DNA of 64,000 nucleotides from Octopus vulgaris (lineage: Eukaryota): assembly GCA_951406725.2 (NCBI GenBank), contig OX597817.1, forward strand, positions 33,480,001 through 33,544,000. Direction: 5' to 3'. The notes beneath the pieces are model-generated. The model was not told where the DNA came from. It searched no databases and saw nothing but the letters and a program-made list of their open reading frames with translations. The position numbers were made by a program, and so were the translations under genes. Below, one piece after another: positions 13,421-27,346 of the stretch (positions within the stretch are counted from its first letter, which is position 1; every line of letters starts with the position of its first letter).

Positions 13421-14077
13421 CATGTTCCTTTCTGGTATGTTAGTGTATATGTCTATGTATTTATATGTGAACGTGTTCTTTCCTGGCATGTATATGAATA
13501 TACGTATGTGTGTATATATGGACAGATTCTTTCTGAGCGTGGATGTGAATATATGTATATATGAACGTTTTCTTTTCTGGCATGTATGTTAATATGTATA
13601 TATTCATATGTATATGTGGACTTGTTATTTTCTGATATAGAAATATGCGTATATTTATAGCAGTATGCACATATATGCTTGAATATTTTACTTAAATTCA
13701 TTGTCTCACGAGACATACGAAGATCCCTGAATAGATGGATAGAAAAGAAATCGAACTTCCGACTCACATGTCAATAGTCGGCTTCAGCTTGAAGTATCTC
13801 ATTTAAAAATGCAGCTATTTTTTATTACAAGAATCCATGTGTTTAGATCTGCATTTGCCCGAATGAAAGAGTTTCAGGTTTTTGACCGAATGATCAACGG
13901 CCCGTGCTCGCTACTAGCATTTGATTAACTTCAAGGTCGAGTCAGAAGACTAACAGGCATTGTCCTTTTAACTTTAAGCAAATACAATTAACTCACTCAA
14001 CAATGCAAAGTAAATATTGCATAATTTTTTAGGGATACTTTAGCATGCAGAGTTGCTTTCTAAATTTCTTTATGAGT

Positions 14078-14464
14078 GGATGGAAGCACTCCGTCGGTTA
14101 CGACGACGAGGGTTCCGGTTGATCCGATCAACGAAACAGCCTGCTCGTGAAATTAACGTGTAAGTGGCTGAGCACTCCACAGACACGTGTACCCTTAACG
14201 TAGTTCTCGGGGATATTCAGCGTGACACAGAGAGTGACAAGGCCGGCCCTTTGAAATACAGGTACAACAGAAACAGGAAGTAAGACTGAGAGAAAGTTGT
14301 GGTGAAAGAGTACAGCAGGGATCACCACCATCCCCTACCGGAGCCTCGTGGAGCTTTAGGTGTTTTCGCTCAATAAACACTCACAATGCCTGGTCTGGGA
14401 ATCGAAACCGCGATCCTATGACTGCGAGTCCGCTGCCCTAACCACTGGGCCATTGCGCCTCCAC
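14078..14464 (-). mobile_element. tRNA-derived SINE family C, full length, tail type 1
   Basis: Box A TGGCCCAGTGG, box B-like GGTTTCGATTCC; 11-bp TSD TCTTTATGAGT at 14067-14077 and 14465-14475; tail fragment also at ~2900-3060. Confidence 0.88.
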
Positions 14465-15753
14465 TCTTTATGAGTATAGCTTGGAGAAGGATAGGTTAGG
14501 CCAGACTGACCTGCCTTGCATATAGTTAATGTCGTGAAGTGATAACACTACGATAATGGGTATTCACTTACCTGGCATATTTAGGATAGGATAATAATAA
14601 CCATCATGTATTATAATTCTACATCTTTATGTGTGTTCAATGAAATATGAGTAATAAGTAAAAAAGAATCTTGGAAGCTAAAAGCAACATTAGTTTCTAT
14701 ATATGGATTTACATTTTTTACGTGATGTTTTGCAAATCCATACAGTGAACATAGAAATGTAATTACTGGTATAAAATCAAGTATGTGTAACTATAATCAC
14801 TTATAAAGTCACTTAAAAAGCTTTTTAAAACTAATCTTGACGCATATGTATCTTCATAAACTAATAATAATATATCGGTATTTGCATTAAAGCATCAACA
14901 AAGGAGAATGGGTTTGAATCGTGTTCAGCTGGATTCATATTCTCGTTTTCATCCTCTTCGTCATTGGTTTTCTCATGTTGCACAACACTATTTAAAAAAA
15001 TTATGAACCTTTAGAATCTAGTTTACCTATCACTATAAAGAAATAAAATCTAACAAATTTCTCTGCTTCATATAGTTTCACCAAAATTCAGTAAACATTT
15101 TGTTTCTATGTATTAGAAATAGCTCAAGTCACTCGTAACGGAAAATGCTGTGTCCTTTCCACAATGGAGTATCGTAGGATAGTTTATGAGAATTTGTCCA
15201 GTGAATTCAGTGCGATTTTGGATGCAAAACGAAAAGCAAATGTGGAGATTTTCACTGTGGAAGTACAACTTAAAGAAATATCATTGAGTGGCGGAAGAAA
15301 GGAGGGTTCAATAAAATTGGGGAGATCCTTTACAAGGGACTGACAAGATTGTCTTCCGTGTGGGAGGCGATGGAAACTTGGTGGGTGTACGTAGGGTAGC
15401 TATCACGTTCCTGGTGGTAATTTTTTACAATGAAATTCTGATGGTGGGTAAATGCCGTCTAGTTTGTAAAGCTGGGGGAAATTCTCCAAGCATTAAAGTT
15501 AATGCATTTTCCATGTACTGCTGTGGTGCAGTCATTAGTCAACTACTTCGGGAATATGAAGTTATGAGTTTTGGCTATGTGTTGTAAGTGGAGAGACATG
15601 CCTAAGAAGATGATCTTAGTAGTCATAAAGCATATGCACTGCTAGAGAAAGTAGTGTAGAGCCGGGAGTGATTCTACTGTTTGAAGGGCCATAGAGTTTA
15701 GGAGGGGAAGTGCATTGTGTTGTGTGTGGGTATAAGCGTTATCAGTCGGTATC

Positions 15754-15976
15754 AGGCGGCGAGCTGGCAGAAACGTTAGCACGCCGGCGAAATGCGTAGC
15801 CGTATTTCGTCTGTCTTTACGTTGTGAGTTCAAATTCCGCCGAGGTCGATTTTGCCTTTCATCCTTTCGGGGTCGATAAATTAAGGACCAGTTACGCACT
15901 GGGGTCGATGTAATCGACTTAATACCTATGTCTGTCCCCTCTGTGTTTAGCCCCTTGTGGGTAATAAAGAAATAGG
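15754..15976 (+). mobile_element. tRNA-like SINE family B, tail type 1
   Basis: GGCGAGCTGGCAGAAACGTTAG...GAGTTCAAATTCC head, central GCCTTTCATCCTTTCGGGGTCGATAAA; flanking direct repeat TATCAGTCG (15740-15748, 15977-15985); similar copies 49250-49465, 61497-61715. Confidence 0.85.
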
Positions 15977-17967
15977 TATCAGTCGACTTAACAGTACAGA
16001 GGTGATTTTGCCTTATTTAAAGATGGATATGGGTGTGAGAGAAAGAGATCAAGAGACTTTGGAGTGTTAGTCGGGTTGAGTCTACAATGCGAAACTGATG
16101 AAAAGAGTCAATGATTGCAAAAGATTGGGTTTGCGCGTCGGCAGCAGTTAAGAAGAGCTGTGAGCATTAAGTAATAAAGGCCAATGACTTCAGGTGCTTG
16201 ATGTAAGAAAAGATGTAGTCAGGAGAACTGGCGGTGGTGGTGGTAGTTGGTGGAATCCGGAGAACGGTTTAGAAAGCAGATGTATTTGGAAGGGTGAGGC
16301 AGGAAGACATTAGACCAGCACACCTAGCAGTGATTGTTGCTGTCATCCACTTGAGAGCACATACACTAGCTGTTAGAATGATTTTTAATACATAATTGTA
16401 ACCTGGGCAGCAGAGATGAGCTGAATGTTACTTTTCTTGTAGGTCACCTATGGGAAGCTTTAATAGAACTAATATGGATTCTACTAAAATTTTATTTACA
16501 TTAAGAAAAATTATTAATTTATTAATATTTATTAAAAAATTATTAATAGTTTATATCAGAGAGATTCTACCATATTTCAGAGAATTTGGACTCAGCACTA
16601 TAACGAAACAATTCTCATGTTTCATTCTTTTAAGATAGTTGATCAATCAATACAACTGTACTCTGATCGAGCCAATGAGAGAGCTTCTTCGTGATCGCTT
16701 GATCTGTTAAGTACATTTAATCCGCTGCTCTTTTTAGCATTGACTCCTAATCTTTGAATACCTTTAACAGAGTATACTCTGTTGCAAGCATTTGGATCAG
16801 ATCTCCTGTCTGAATATAATTTCGACCCTTCTTTTCAACAGTCGTGGAAGAATAAAAAAGAACCAGAGGCGCTGCCCTCCTTTCTACTTATTCCATTAAA
16901 AAGAAAGTCTCCCTCAAATTATACCAGGTCACCCGGAACGCTTTAGATTACAGGTATTCTGATTCAAGGCAGATATTTGGTCAAACATCTTCAATAATAA
17001 CAACAGCTGTACTGTGATTTAAGACTCTTATATAGATGTAAATAGTCTACACAAAAGACCATCATCCAAAAGTTGTCAGATAGTCACGTATATAATTTGG
17101 TGAACGATATAGTCTTTGTACTAAATTGTGAAAATTCTATTTAAAAGTGATACGGAAATATGATAATATACGGGCAAAAATAATTATATTTTTTTACTAA
17201 AACAATATTGTCTGTCGGGTGTTACAAAAATGGACATCAACTGATGTTACCTAATTACTTTCAGCTGATATTTTTGTCAGATTTATCTTTGTCATTTCCT
17301 CGAAGATTATCCCACTCCTTGAAGATATCAATCACCAATTGAATTTTTTTTCGATTATGTTGTCTTCATTTTTTTGTACAACATTAAAAACTAGTTTGTT
17401 GACGCAATAGGAATGGTGTGTGCCGTTGGCAATTTAACGATACTTCTTCCTTCTGTTATTATTATTTTTTTTTTTTTTTTTGCAAGAATCGAAATGATTC
17501 AACTGAGAAATATATTCACTTCAATTTAAAAGTCGTCACAGCAATTAAATTACCTACGGGTAGCTCTAAAAATATATTAGAGAGAGAGAGAGGGGAGAGA
17601 GAGAGAGAGAGAGGGGAGAGAGAGAGAGAGCGGGGAGAGAGAGAAAGAAGCCAATTCTTTTTAGACAGAGGGCGCTAAACTCAAAACTTTAAGCTTACGA
17701 GAATTTTGCTACTATCTTGTGTACCTTTTTACAGCTCGATAGACTGAGCCATTTAAAAAGCGAATTGATAACAAATATGACGATACACTGTCGGTGACGA
17801 ATGAACTCGACCATTTTACTACCTTGCCGTGAAATCGACAATATTCTAGTTACCTTCGTCACTATCTGACGAAGTGCAAGAGCCCAAAACATTTGGTTAT
17901 TCACTCTTTACGACAGCTAAACTTACCGAACTCTCCTACAAACCCACACAAGTTGTCCTTCCCTTTA

Positions 17968-18221
17968 AAAAAATAAATAATAAATGCGCTCTTTTAAAGC
18001 CTAGCCAGGCTCATGGGCCCGGTTTCCCGGTTTCTATGGCGTATGTGTTCCTCACCCAGTCCATCGCAGTGTTACTCATTTTTGCCAGCTGAGTGGACTG
18101 GAGCAACGTGAAATGAAGTGTTTTGCTCAAGAACACAACACGTCGCCCAGTCCAGGAATCGAAACCACAATCTTACGATCATGGTGCTGACACCCTGACC
18201 ACAAAGCCACGCGCCTCCATC
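17968..18221 (-). mobile_element. tRNA-derived SINE (C-like head, CORE-like body); related copies ~46710-46975(+), ~54705-54970(+)
   Basis: Minus-strand GGAGGCGCGTGGCTTTGTGG...GGTTTCGATTCC, CTTGAGCAAAACACTTCATTTC; TSD TCCTTCCCTTTA at 17956-17967 and 18222-18233. Confidence 0.8.
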
Positions 18222-19229
18222 TCCTTCCCTTTACAAAACTTATTTCATGCAGTCAACATTTTTGTGACTTCACAGAAGCCGCAGAATGCAAGAATAAATC
18301 AATTCTAGTGTTCCTTTTGTGATTAAGTTCAAGTTGTACAGTGGTCAATCAGGATCGATAAAATAGGTTCTAATACTATGCATTTGGGTTGATTCTAGCG
18401 ACAACACACCCGGCATCTTGTTTAGAAAAAATGTTTTTGAAACTAATCTAAAGCAATAAATATTTCGTTCGACTGTTAGCTTCAAAGTCTTTCTTCAGTG
18501 ATTGGCCACAACAAATTGATTATTGGTAAGTTAACAATAAAAGATAGATACGAACTGATCAATCGGAAAATGTGTAAAATAGCTGGGTTACGGTATTAAA
18601 TAAGCCGACAGTTGTTGGATAAATTTCTGAGGAAGAAACTTAATTTCATATTGCATCACTGTAAGCGCTGTTAAAAGTAGATGTTAGGATGAAAAGAAGA
18701 TTTGTGGAAACAAATTAAACACCAGTTTTATATATTTGTATGGAAGGATTAACTCTTGATAACTTTATGGTCCTACATATACAAAAGAGTTAAAGTGAGA
18801 GATTGTGTCAACCACCTCTTTTTATAAGTAATCAAAAGACTTTTCCATTCTTCCCGATCGTTAAACACCTGCTTGCTGTTCCTACACCTGTCTGCGTCTT
18901 TTGTTTTCTTTAAATTTGAACTATATATTACATGCGCTCACGTGGTTACCCCAGTTTGTTCCTGTCTGGCTGAACTTTCCTCCATTTTGGACTCTCATTT
19001 CAACTACTTCTCGAAATTTCGGCGTCTCTCCTCCTGAAATATGTAGTTCTCACATATTTCAGTCAATAATTATATCATTGTTGGAAGTCAGAGCACAAGA
19101 AGTAAGCTGAGATTTGCGATATGATTCCAATTTTAGCTTGAAGTCATTTCACGTTGTTAATGAAGTTGAGAGCAACATTCCATTCTAATATCTTGCACCT
19201 AGTGTGCTAAATAAAAATGCTACTAATGA

Positions 19230-19247
19230 TAAGTACTACTACTACTA

Positions 19248-19281
<34 letters not shown>

Positions 19282-19283
19282 CA

Positions 19284-19314
<31 letters not shown>

Positions 19315-19330
19315 CGCCACCACCACCAAT
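19230..19330. repeat. (ACT)n/(GCT)n/(CAC)n compound microsatellite
   Basis: Direct reading. Confidence 0.95.
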
Positions 19331-19337
19331 AATAATA

Positions 19338-19550
19338 TTCCTTTCTACTCTAGGCACAAGGCCTGAAATTTGGGGGAGGGGTAAGTCGATTACATCGACC
19401 CAAGTGCGTTACTGGTACTTATTTAATCGACCCCGAAAGGATGAAAGGCAAAATCGACCTCGGCGGAATTTGAACTCAGAACGTAACGGCAGACGAAATA
19501 CCCCTAAGTATTTCGCATGGCATACAAACGACTCTGCCAACTCACCGCCT
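19338..19550 (-). mobile_element. SINE family B, tail type 2; similar copies 21685-21885(-), 48990-49200(+), 49833-49995(+), 53140-53290(+), 53960-54160(-)
   Basis: Same head and core as 15754-15976 but ending ...CCCAAATTTCAGGCCTTGTGCC...AGAAAGGAATATTATT. Confidence 0.8.
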
Positions 19551-19551
19551 T

Positions 19552-19586
<35 letters not shown>

Positions 19587-19692
19587 TTTGGTACAAGGTT
19601 ATTCATTTTTAGCGGATGGGGATTTTCCGATTATATTCACCCAAGTACTTGACTGATACTTTATTTTATCGACCCCAAAAGGATGTAAGTTA

Positions 19693-19736
<44 letters not shown>

Positions 19737-19751
19737 TAATAATAATAATAC

Positions 19752-20283
19752 TGGCTCTCATGACTTCTGATTTTAACTGATTCGAAGTGTTATCATGTAT
19801 ATGTTTTGTCTTAGTATAAAAGATGGGTTACAGCAAATATTCTGCTCAATACCACAGATTTGCTTGTCAGTTGTTTGACCGTAACCAATTGAGTATGTCC
19901 CTTAGTGGCTGACGATATGTGCATCTCTGATTACGAGCAGAAGTAGTGGGGGAGCATCGTAGCCATGTGTTGAGAGGAATTCTTTGGGGTTTGAATAATT
20001 CACCTCTAGAAACATGGGTGTTTCGTTCAACATGCGCAAACAATCCTTATTCAGGGACCTTTTGAGCGGGCTGGGCTACTCGATTTGAAGAAAATTCTAA
20101 CAGGATCCCACCTGCAAAGTCATGCACTATTTATCTTGATATATGATCACTATGTTGCACACATATGGTTGTAACGCATGTGCCTGGTGTACCCTTATCA
20201 GACGGATAGTCATGATAGATATAGTGAGCTTCGTATATTTTACCCCATTGTCACTTTGATGGCATGTACTGCTCTCTCACTCA
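19752..20283. mobile_element. Non-coding dispersed repeat family E bounded by (AAT)n/(CAA)n; partial copy 20406-20497
   Basis: Clearly homologous to 33445-33925; flanked by trinucleotide arrays on both sides. Confidence 0.75.
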
Positions 20284-20547
<264 letters not shown>

Positions 20548-21949
20548 TGATTGTCTTTTCGTTATCAGTCTTACGTTTGTTGGCGACTACACGTATTCAC
20601 TTCGGGATGAGGATTGGGAAATCAAACATTTACACCTTTGTTGAAGATAGTAGTGAACTACGAGTATCTTACCCCAACGTATTAAAAACGTATCTCATAA
20701 TTATATGTAAAATGTTATCCATTATTTTCATCTGTTAGTCTCTATAGAAGGCACTAAAAAGGGACTAATGATTATTTGAAAAGAGCCTAATAATAATTTT
20801 AAATGCGAATAACATACTTCATTACAAAGAGCCATATATCTCCAAACGTTTTAACAAAAGTACGCCATCCCGAACGAGAAAACTTCGTCTTGCTATATAA
20901 TTAACTCGTCAGTAATCTTAACTGAATTCATATGTTACTCATTCAAATCTAGTATTTCGAGTTTTTCACGTGATATTTATTTTATATGTCCCACACAATA
21001 CTTTCCAAATAGACAATGCTGGTAGCATTGTTGCTGTTTAGTCTCAGGTCAGCCATGATTAGACAGACCTATGACCAAAGTCTTTCTTTTCACATACAGT
21101 GTATCTAAAAACACGCCGACTAAAATGTCCGCCCTTTTTATCTTTGACAGAATAGAGGGTAATTTGAAGCAGGATTTTCAGTTATTTCTAGCATATCGAA
21201 AGATCAGGTAAAAACTTCTCCTTTGACTTAGGACACGTTTTTCATTGTCTATGTAATATACTTATTTGCCAAGACTCTAAAGTATTGAAAACATAACTAA
21301 ATCCAATTAAAGGCGGTGCTAACTTTTATTCCATTTCTTTATTACAAAGTGTGTGTGTGTGCGCGCACACTTGTACGAACGTACGTCCTTTTTCTTCCTC
21401 TTCTGTTGTATTTAACTATCTCCTACTTCTCCACGGTCACTACAGTGCTGAATTAAGTTTTTTCTGTTCTACCCCTCTTCCTGAAACTCATTGAAAACTT
21501 TTCGCGTTCGAGTGTTTTTGGTTCTATTTCTTTTTCTCTCTATTGCATTGTATTTCTCTTTTTCTTTCGTTATGTATTTCTATTTAATAAGATAAGACTT
21601 TTACCCGAAGACTTAATTAATGCCAACTTGCTGTTGATTAATTATTTTGGAACTTGCAACTGATTTTAATTATTTTAAGATTCTACTCTAGGCACAAGGC
21701 CCGAAATTTTTGGGGAGGGGGTTCAGTCGATTAGATCGACCTCAATATACAACTGGTACTTAATTTATCGACCCCGAAAGGAGGAAAGGCAAAGTCGACC
21801 TCGGCGGAATTTGAACTCAGAACATAAAGACAGACGAAATACCGCTAGGCATTTCGCCTGGCGTGCTAACGTTTCTGCCAGCTCCGGCAAGTCAAATTTT
21901 ATGGCCGTGAGTTCAGATTAAGGGTCACGGGCAAATGTAGACTTCCTTT

Positions 21950-24029
21950 TAAGTTACAATTTGCTACAAATTATTCTTTCATCACTAATGCCATATTTTG
22001 ACTCAGTTAATAAATTGATTCTTGCAGGGCATCCAGACTCGTGCAAGGAAAAAAAAAAGCTCTTCAGTATTGATAAAACTTGATTTACATTCCCTGTGGT
22101 GACTTTAACAAGAATTAACCTTGCCTGGAAGATAGCAAAAGCACCAAAAGGTTTACAGACAATTTGCGAAGGAGACTCAAACAGATAAAGATGGCTATTT
22201 CTTTTGCAGAAAAAGGAGTCTTTCTTACTTGGTTGGACAACAGTTCCTTATTGCTCGACCTTGACCAACACATTTAATGCATGCATCAATTTTGAGTTAT
22301 ATAATTTAATAATGTTCATCAAATGTGTCTGCAAGTATATCACCAGGGACCCTGACGTTGTAATGTTTGCTCCGACGAAGCAAAACGATTGTGATGAAGT
22401 AAGCCTATTCTAAGCAAGAGCAAATCATCAGTAGCAATGAGGGTCTCTGTCACTATTTCATTTTTTTCCCCATTCCTGAAGATAGCATCAAAGATTTTAC
22501 AGTCCACTTAGAAAAAGCCAACGGATTTACTTTACTCAAGCAACTGCATAAACATAATTACAAACGAAATCGAAGAGATACAACGTTTACAACCTTTTTT
22601 ATGCTGTGCCAATATGATTCTTTTGAACCCTAGGGTTCTGTCCAAATATACAAGGAATAGTAAGCAATGAAACGGTCCTTATTGAAGGTCAGCCTGACAT
22701 AAGCTCTGACAAATCCATTGGAAGACAGGATACTGTTCATACTACCTAACAGGAAAACTTCTTTCTTCGACTTCTGCATAAGGCACGAGTTGATTTCAAG
22801 ATCTTTGAACAGTCAATAGGGAAGTTTGCACCAGCTACAGAGAGACTTGTTTTATACTTGGATTATTGAAAAATGATGCGATCTGGATGCAACATTGTCA
22901 GAATCTTCTGTATCTGAAACAGCCAAGACCTTAAGCATTCTTTTCACCATACTGTTAAAACACTGCAAACCGTCCAAGTATCGTATGTTCTTTCCGAAGA
23001 TAAATGTACTCCGGAATGGAAACAGAGAGTACACAGATGAAATCTATAAAATATCCTTCTTCAACCAATTTAAATATATAAATGGTCAAGAACTTCAAAA
23101 ATATGGTCTCCCTCAACTCAAGTACACTGAAGTCGATAATCCAGCAGCAGAAATTTTGTAATAGACGCCATATAATGTAAACACTTTATATCATATATTA
23201 ATGGCAATGAACCGAAACTCATTTCAATCTTCTATTTTTTACTATGTTTGGCAACAAGAAGCTGAAACTTGCTTTCTTGATGTTTCTGGTAGAACTGGAA
23301 CAGCATTCCTGATCAGTGAAGTGTTTGTCAAATATACTGATCTGGAATACTAATCAATTTGACAAGCAATAGACTGGACATAAACATAGAGATGCAGGCA
23401 TTGATGCTATTTCTTCAGTTATTGCTACTGAGTGTGGAAATGCTTAGAGGAGCCGTACTGCACAGTCTATTTTCAAAGTTCTTCTCGGTACAAATAAGGC
23501 AACTGTTTGCAAATTTGTCAAGAATTCAGGAACCGGAAAAGTTCTTAAGAGGTGCTAAATGATTATTCTGCATGAATTCATAATGACTAAGGGAGTTCCG
23601 GAGGCCCTGGACAGGTCATTGCAAGATTTACGTGAACAAATCTCAAATGAAAGCAGTAGTAGGGTGTTTTCAGTCGATTTTCTCCAAGACTTCTCCGCTA
23701 AACCGGAAAGTAACAAAGTCCGATTAAATCTGTGCTTGACGAAAATCTTCATCGCTTTGGATCAAAGTTAAGATCTTTAAACTTTCTACAGAAACGAAGT
23801 TCAATCGTTTTGGATATTTATTTGCAGCTCTAAATTGTGCCAGGAACCAGGCACAGTTGTTACAAGGGTAAACGAATTGGTACTGAAAGAGTTCTACGAT
23901 CTGAGACATCATTAAGTAACACACACACACACACACAAACAAACAAACAAAAAAGAAACTTGAATCAACAGTTGTTACAAGGGTAAACGAATTGATACTG
24001 AAAGAGTTCTACGATCTGAGACATCATTA

Positions 24030-24066
<37 letters not shown>

Positions 24067-24295
24067 AACAAACAAAAAAGAAACTTGAATCAACAGTATC
24101 AAATGGCAACATTTGTAGTTGCTGTCAAGAAATAGTCATACCTACAGGTTAATAGATACTGTTGTAGAAAATGTTTTAAAACTCATTGAAACTTCCAGCT
24201 TTACCACCACACAGACCTCAACTATAAAATACAATAATGCTGTTTTATAATTAAGATCAGCTAGGGGTTATGTAATAACACAAAAATGGTAAGAA
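21950..24295 (+). pseudogene. Degenerate Helitron Rep/Pif1-helicase (RepHel) coding fossil
   Basis: Disrupted motifs in the expected order: HIPCGDFNKN..PCLED, VPYCSTLTNTFNACINFE..IKCVCKYITRDPD, EGQPDISSDKSIGRQDTVH..FFLRLL, FLDVSGRTG (decayed Walker A), RTAQSIFKV, IILHE..EALDRSLQDLR, PPHR; many stops and frameshifts. Confidence 0.85.
23853..24092 (+). repeat. Near-perfect tandem duplication (115 and 125 bp units)
   Basis: Units 23853-23967 and 23968-24092 differ mainly in (CA)n length; ACAGT at each junction. Confidence 0.92.
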
Positions 24296-25399
24296 GACAA
24301 AGAATTTTGCTCAATGTTATACTCTGCTAATCAACCGGCATTCGTACCCATTACGTCTAATTTTATGCCTGATTATATGTATCAATATACGCAATGAAAG
24401 ACCGTATAGAAGCAGAAATGGTATCGAGTTTCAGACTATCTTGATATTGATTTCAAATCGACTGGAACTGAATTTGTCTTTCATCGTTCTGGTATCAATA
24501 AGCACCAGTCGTTTAATTCAGTCTATTCAGTCAACTATCCTACTTATCCTCGACAGATTTGTGGTATTATGTCAAAGCAAGTCTTCATTGTTTATTGTAA
24601 TATTTTGTACTGCATTATACTCCTAACATTTGTCTGTGTGTTGTAAGGAAAATAATAAAATCATTATTCGCAACACTAAAACTAATGTGACTTCTTTGAG
24701 AACTTATACATAAATACCTCAAAATATTATTATTAGAAGTATAAAAGAGAAAATGAAATGAAGAGAAACCCGTAAAATAATTTAATTTATTGATTTTTCT
24801 CAACCATTTTCTTATGAATAAAATATATATTCTCCTCTGTCACCAATGATTGATAAGGTTTTAAAATTTGTTTTCTAATGAATAACAAACCACTTGGTGA
24901 GTTTCTTTGAGTAGGAAGAATTGCAATGGCCGAGTGGTGACTGTGAAGCTCTCACGACTCGAAAGGTGAGTTCATATTATATCATTGTCGTTAGATATTT
25001 CTTGTGTTCCTGGGCATTTTGTTATAATATTTAGTTTCGTCTTTGTTGAAAGGCGGAAAACAATGGTTACTGATGGCCTGATTGGAAACTATCGACCATT
25101 TGATTAGGTTTTACTTACAAGATAAAATCTACCTAAAACTCTATGCTATGTCTAGTTACTTGGTTTCAGTGCTTTGGGTTTGGAAATGAATATTTTCAGG
25201 TAACAAAAGAGAAAAGCGAAGACGCACATTATGTGACAAAGTTCCAAAGTCCATTTTGTGTTTACATTACCAATGGCCTCATTGCCACTTGTCTCCTCTT
25301 CTCTTTCTCTTTCAACTGTTTAGCCATATCCAGTTTTGACCACTGAATTCAGTACTTCCCGATAACAAAGCATTAGTTATTCAGCGTCTCTATAGTTTA

Positions 25400-26130
25400 A
25401 GAAACTATTATTCCTCATAGTATTTGGAACATCTAAAAGTTCAAATGTATGAGCAGGTCTCAGTATCCACAAGTATCTTGTAGACAATTGGAAACGTTAC
25501 TTGGATGGATGCCCAACTCAGTGGACCATCCATCTTGATCAACGTATTGATTTCAAAACTCAAATTAATAATATAAGTAGCAAAATAATTTCACATTGGA
25601 ATACAATCACAATCAACTACCCTTCTGGGATATTTTAATCATAAAAACCGACACAGACATCGGAACTGACACCCGCTGCAAACCAACAGAGTCTAAACAA
25701 CATTTATTACATACTTCATGCCAACCAAAACACGAAGAATAAACTGTTTAATTTAGCACCAAGAATATGCTAAATTATTTCGAATTTTGGAACACGAGAT
25801 GAAAAAAAAAACTTAGAATAAAAACAAATACAAATTGAAAGAATATACTAAACAATGTTAACTGATAACGGAATACAACATACCAAATCAATAAGCATTC
25901 AAAAATTACGAAATACTAAAAAAAAAAAATAATCTAATTTCAACCAATATTCTGTCTTATATTACAAAACAAACCCAAGAAATATAGTAACATTCATTAT
26001 CGATCAAAACATTCCATTTTTGAAGCAAGACCCAATATTGAAAAAGGCACTCGAAATGCACAAAATAATCACAGGCAAAACAGCCCAAATCCCTAAAGCA
26101 TTGATTAAACCGAGACTATAATAGCAAAAA
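25400..26130 (+). pseudogene. Penelope-like element reverse transcriptase fossil
   Basis: DNWKRYLDGC (RYxDD-like motif) and QLPFWDILIIKTDTDIGTDTRCKPTESKQHLLHTSCQPKH resemble PLE LPFLD..T..YxKPT..YL...SxHP; disrupted. Confidence 0.75.
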
Positions 26131-26560
26131 GTGTCCGAGCTGCAGTCCTTATGTGTATGTGAAGTGAACTTTTTAACCATACTGCCATATTTGCTTAGTC
26201 AATTGAAATCAATATTTATATAGTACATATAAAAGCTGCAAGCAGTTTCCTTTTCTCACCAATAAACATCAGGCTGAAAACAAATTTATATCAAATTACT
26301 CTCCATAATATCTAATGGATATTCTAAAGCTTGAAATCCTGATTTATGCCCGCTACTTCTTTTTTTTTCACTCAGCATATATTTATATAATACATTCCAT
26401 GTGATTGTTGATTTTTCTGTCGGATAGGATTATATCTGCAATGGCTATGAACTGAAATCCAGGAAATCTCCGAAACAGTGCAATAAATAATCAATAACAA
26501 AGTAGTAATCAACTAGTTTCCACATACTCTCAGATCTAGGACGGTGTTGCTGGTGCTGGT

Positions 26561-26932
26561 TGCTGTTGCTGTTGAACGAAGCTGTCTTCGTTCGTAGTGG
26601 GAGAAGTCCGAAACGTGGTCCTTTGCTATTCGTAAGACCCGCAGAAGAGAAAGCAGGTCAACCCCCGACACCGAGAGCATCGACAGATGGATGAATGCGC
26701 CTCCAGGCTCAGCGGTTGCGTAGGAAGTCGGGGACAAGAAACAGGAAGAAAGAATGAGAGAAAGTTGGAGCGAAAGTGTACAACAGGGGTCGCCACCAGC
26801 CCCTGCCGGAACCTCGTGGAACTTTAGGTGTTTTCGCTCAATAAACACACACAACGCCCGGTCTGGGAATCGAAACCGCGATCCTCCGACCACGAGTCCG
26901 CTGCCCTAACCACTGGGCCAATGCGCCTCCAC
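26561..26932 (-). mobile_element. tRNA-derived SINE family C, full length, tail type 2
   Basis: Head closely similar to 14078-14464; unrelated 3' half ending CAACAGCAACAGCA; TSD GCTGGTGCTGGT at 26549-26560 and 26935-26946. Confidence 0.85.
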
Positions 26933-27346
26933 TAGCTGGTGCTGGTATTGGTGCTGCAGACACAGACATCCTATAATGTAGGGGAAAAAAGGCCATCCGA
27001 TTAATTGAAATGAAAATCATTCATCTGTAGGATGACGTCAGCAGCTGGGGAGCTGACCGGAACTTGGGAGCTGACTAGAAGAGGAAGGGCGCGTAGGTGA
27101 CGCGCGCGCAGGCAGGGGACGATTGGGCCTTTCTTCGATCGGGGTAACCGAGAGTGCTGGACGTGTGAGCGCTTCGACAAGGTGAGAAACAACAGCTGCT
27201 ATTTTTAGCGTTTCGGGTCGGGCCGCGTGGAAGGGTATGTTATCACCGGGGAGGTCTGCGTCGACGAAGAGAAGGTAGGTGTCTTACTTCTAATCTCCCG
27301 CATTCACCACAAGCTATTTCGACACTCCACATAAGACGTCACCACG

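Noticed and set aside
14390-14464. tRNA gene calls for tRNA-like heads (also ~26860-26932, ~31404-31477)
   Set aside because: Cloverleaf stems are imperfect and each lies in a TSD-bounded repeat, so they are SINE heads
24915-24965. Isolated 51-nt open exon candidate (AG...AAG|GTGAGT; EELQWPSGDCEALTTRK)
   Set aside because: Good donor but weak acceptor, no partner exons and no recognisable homology; needs RNA-seq
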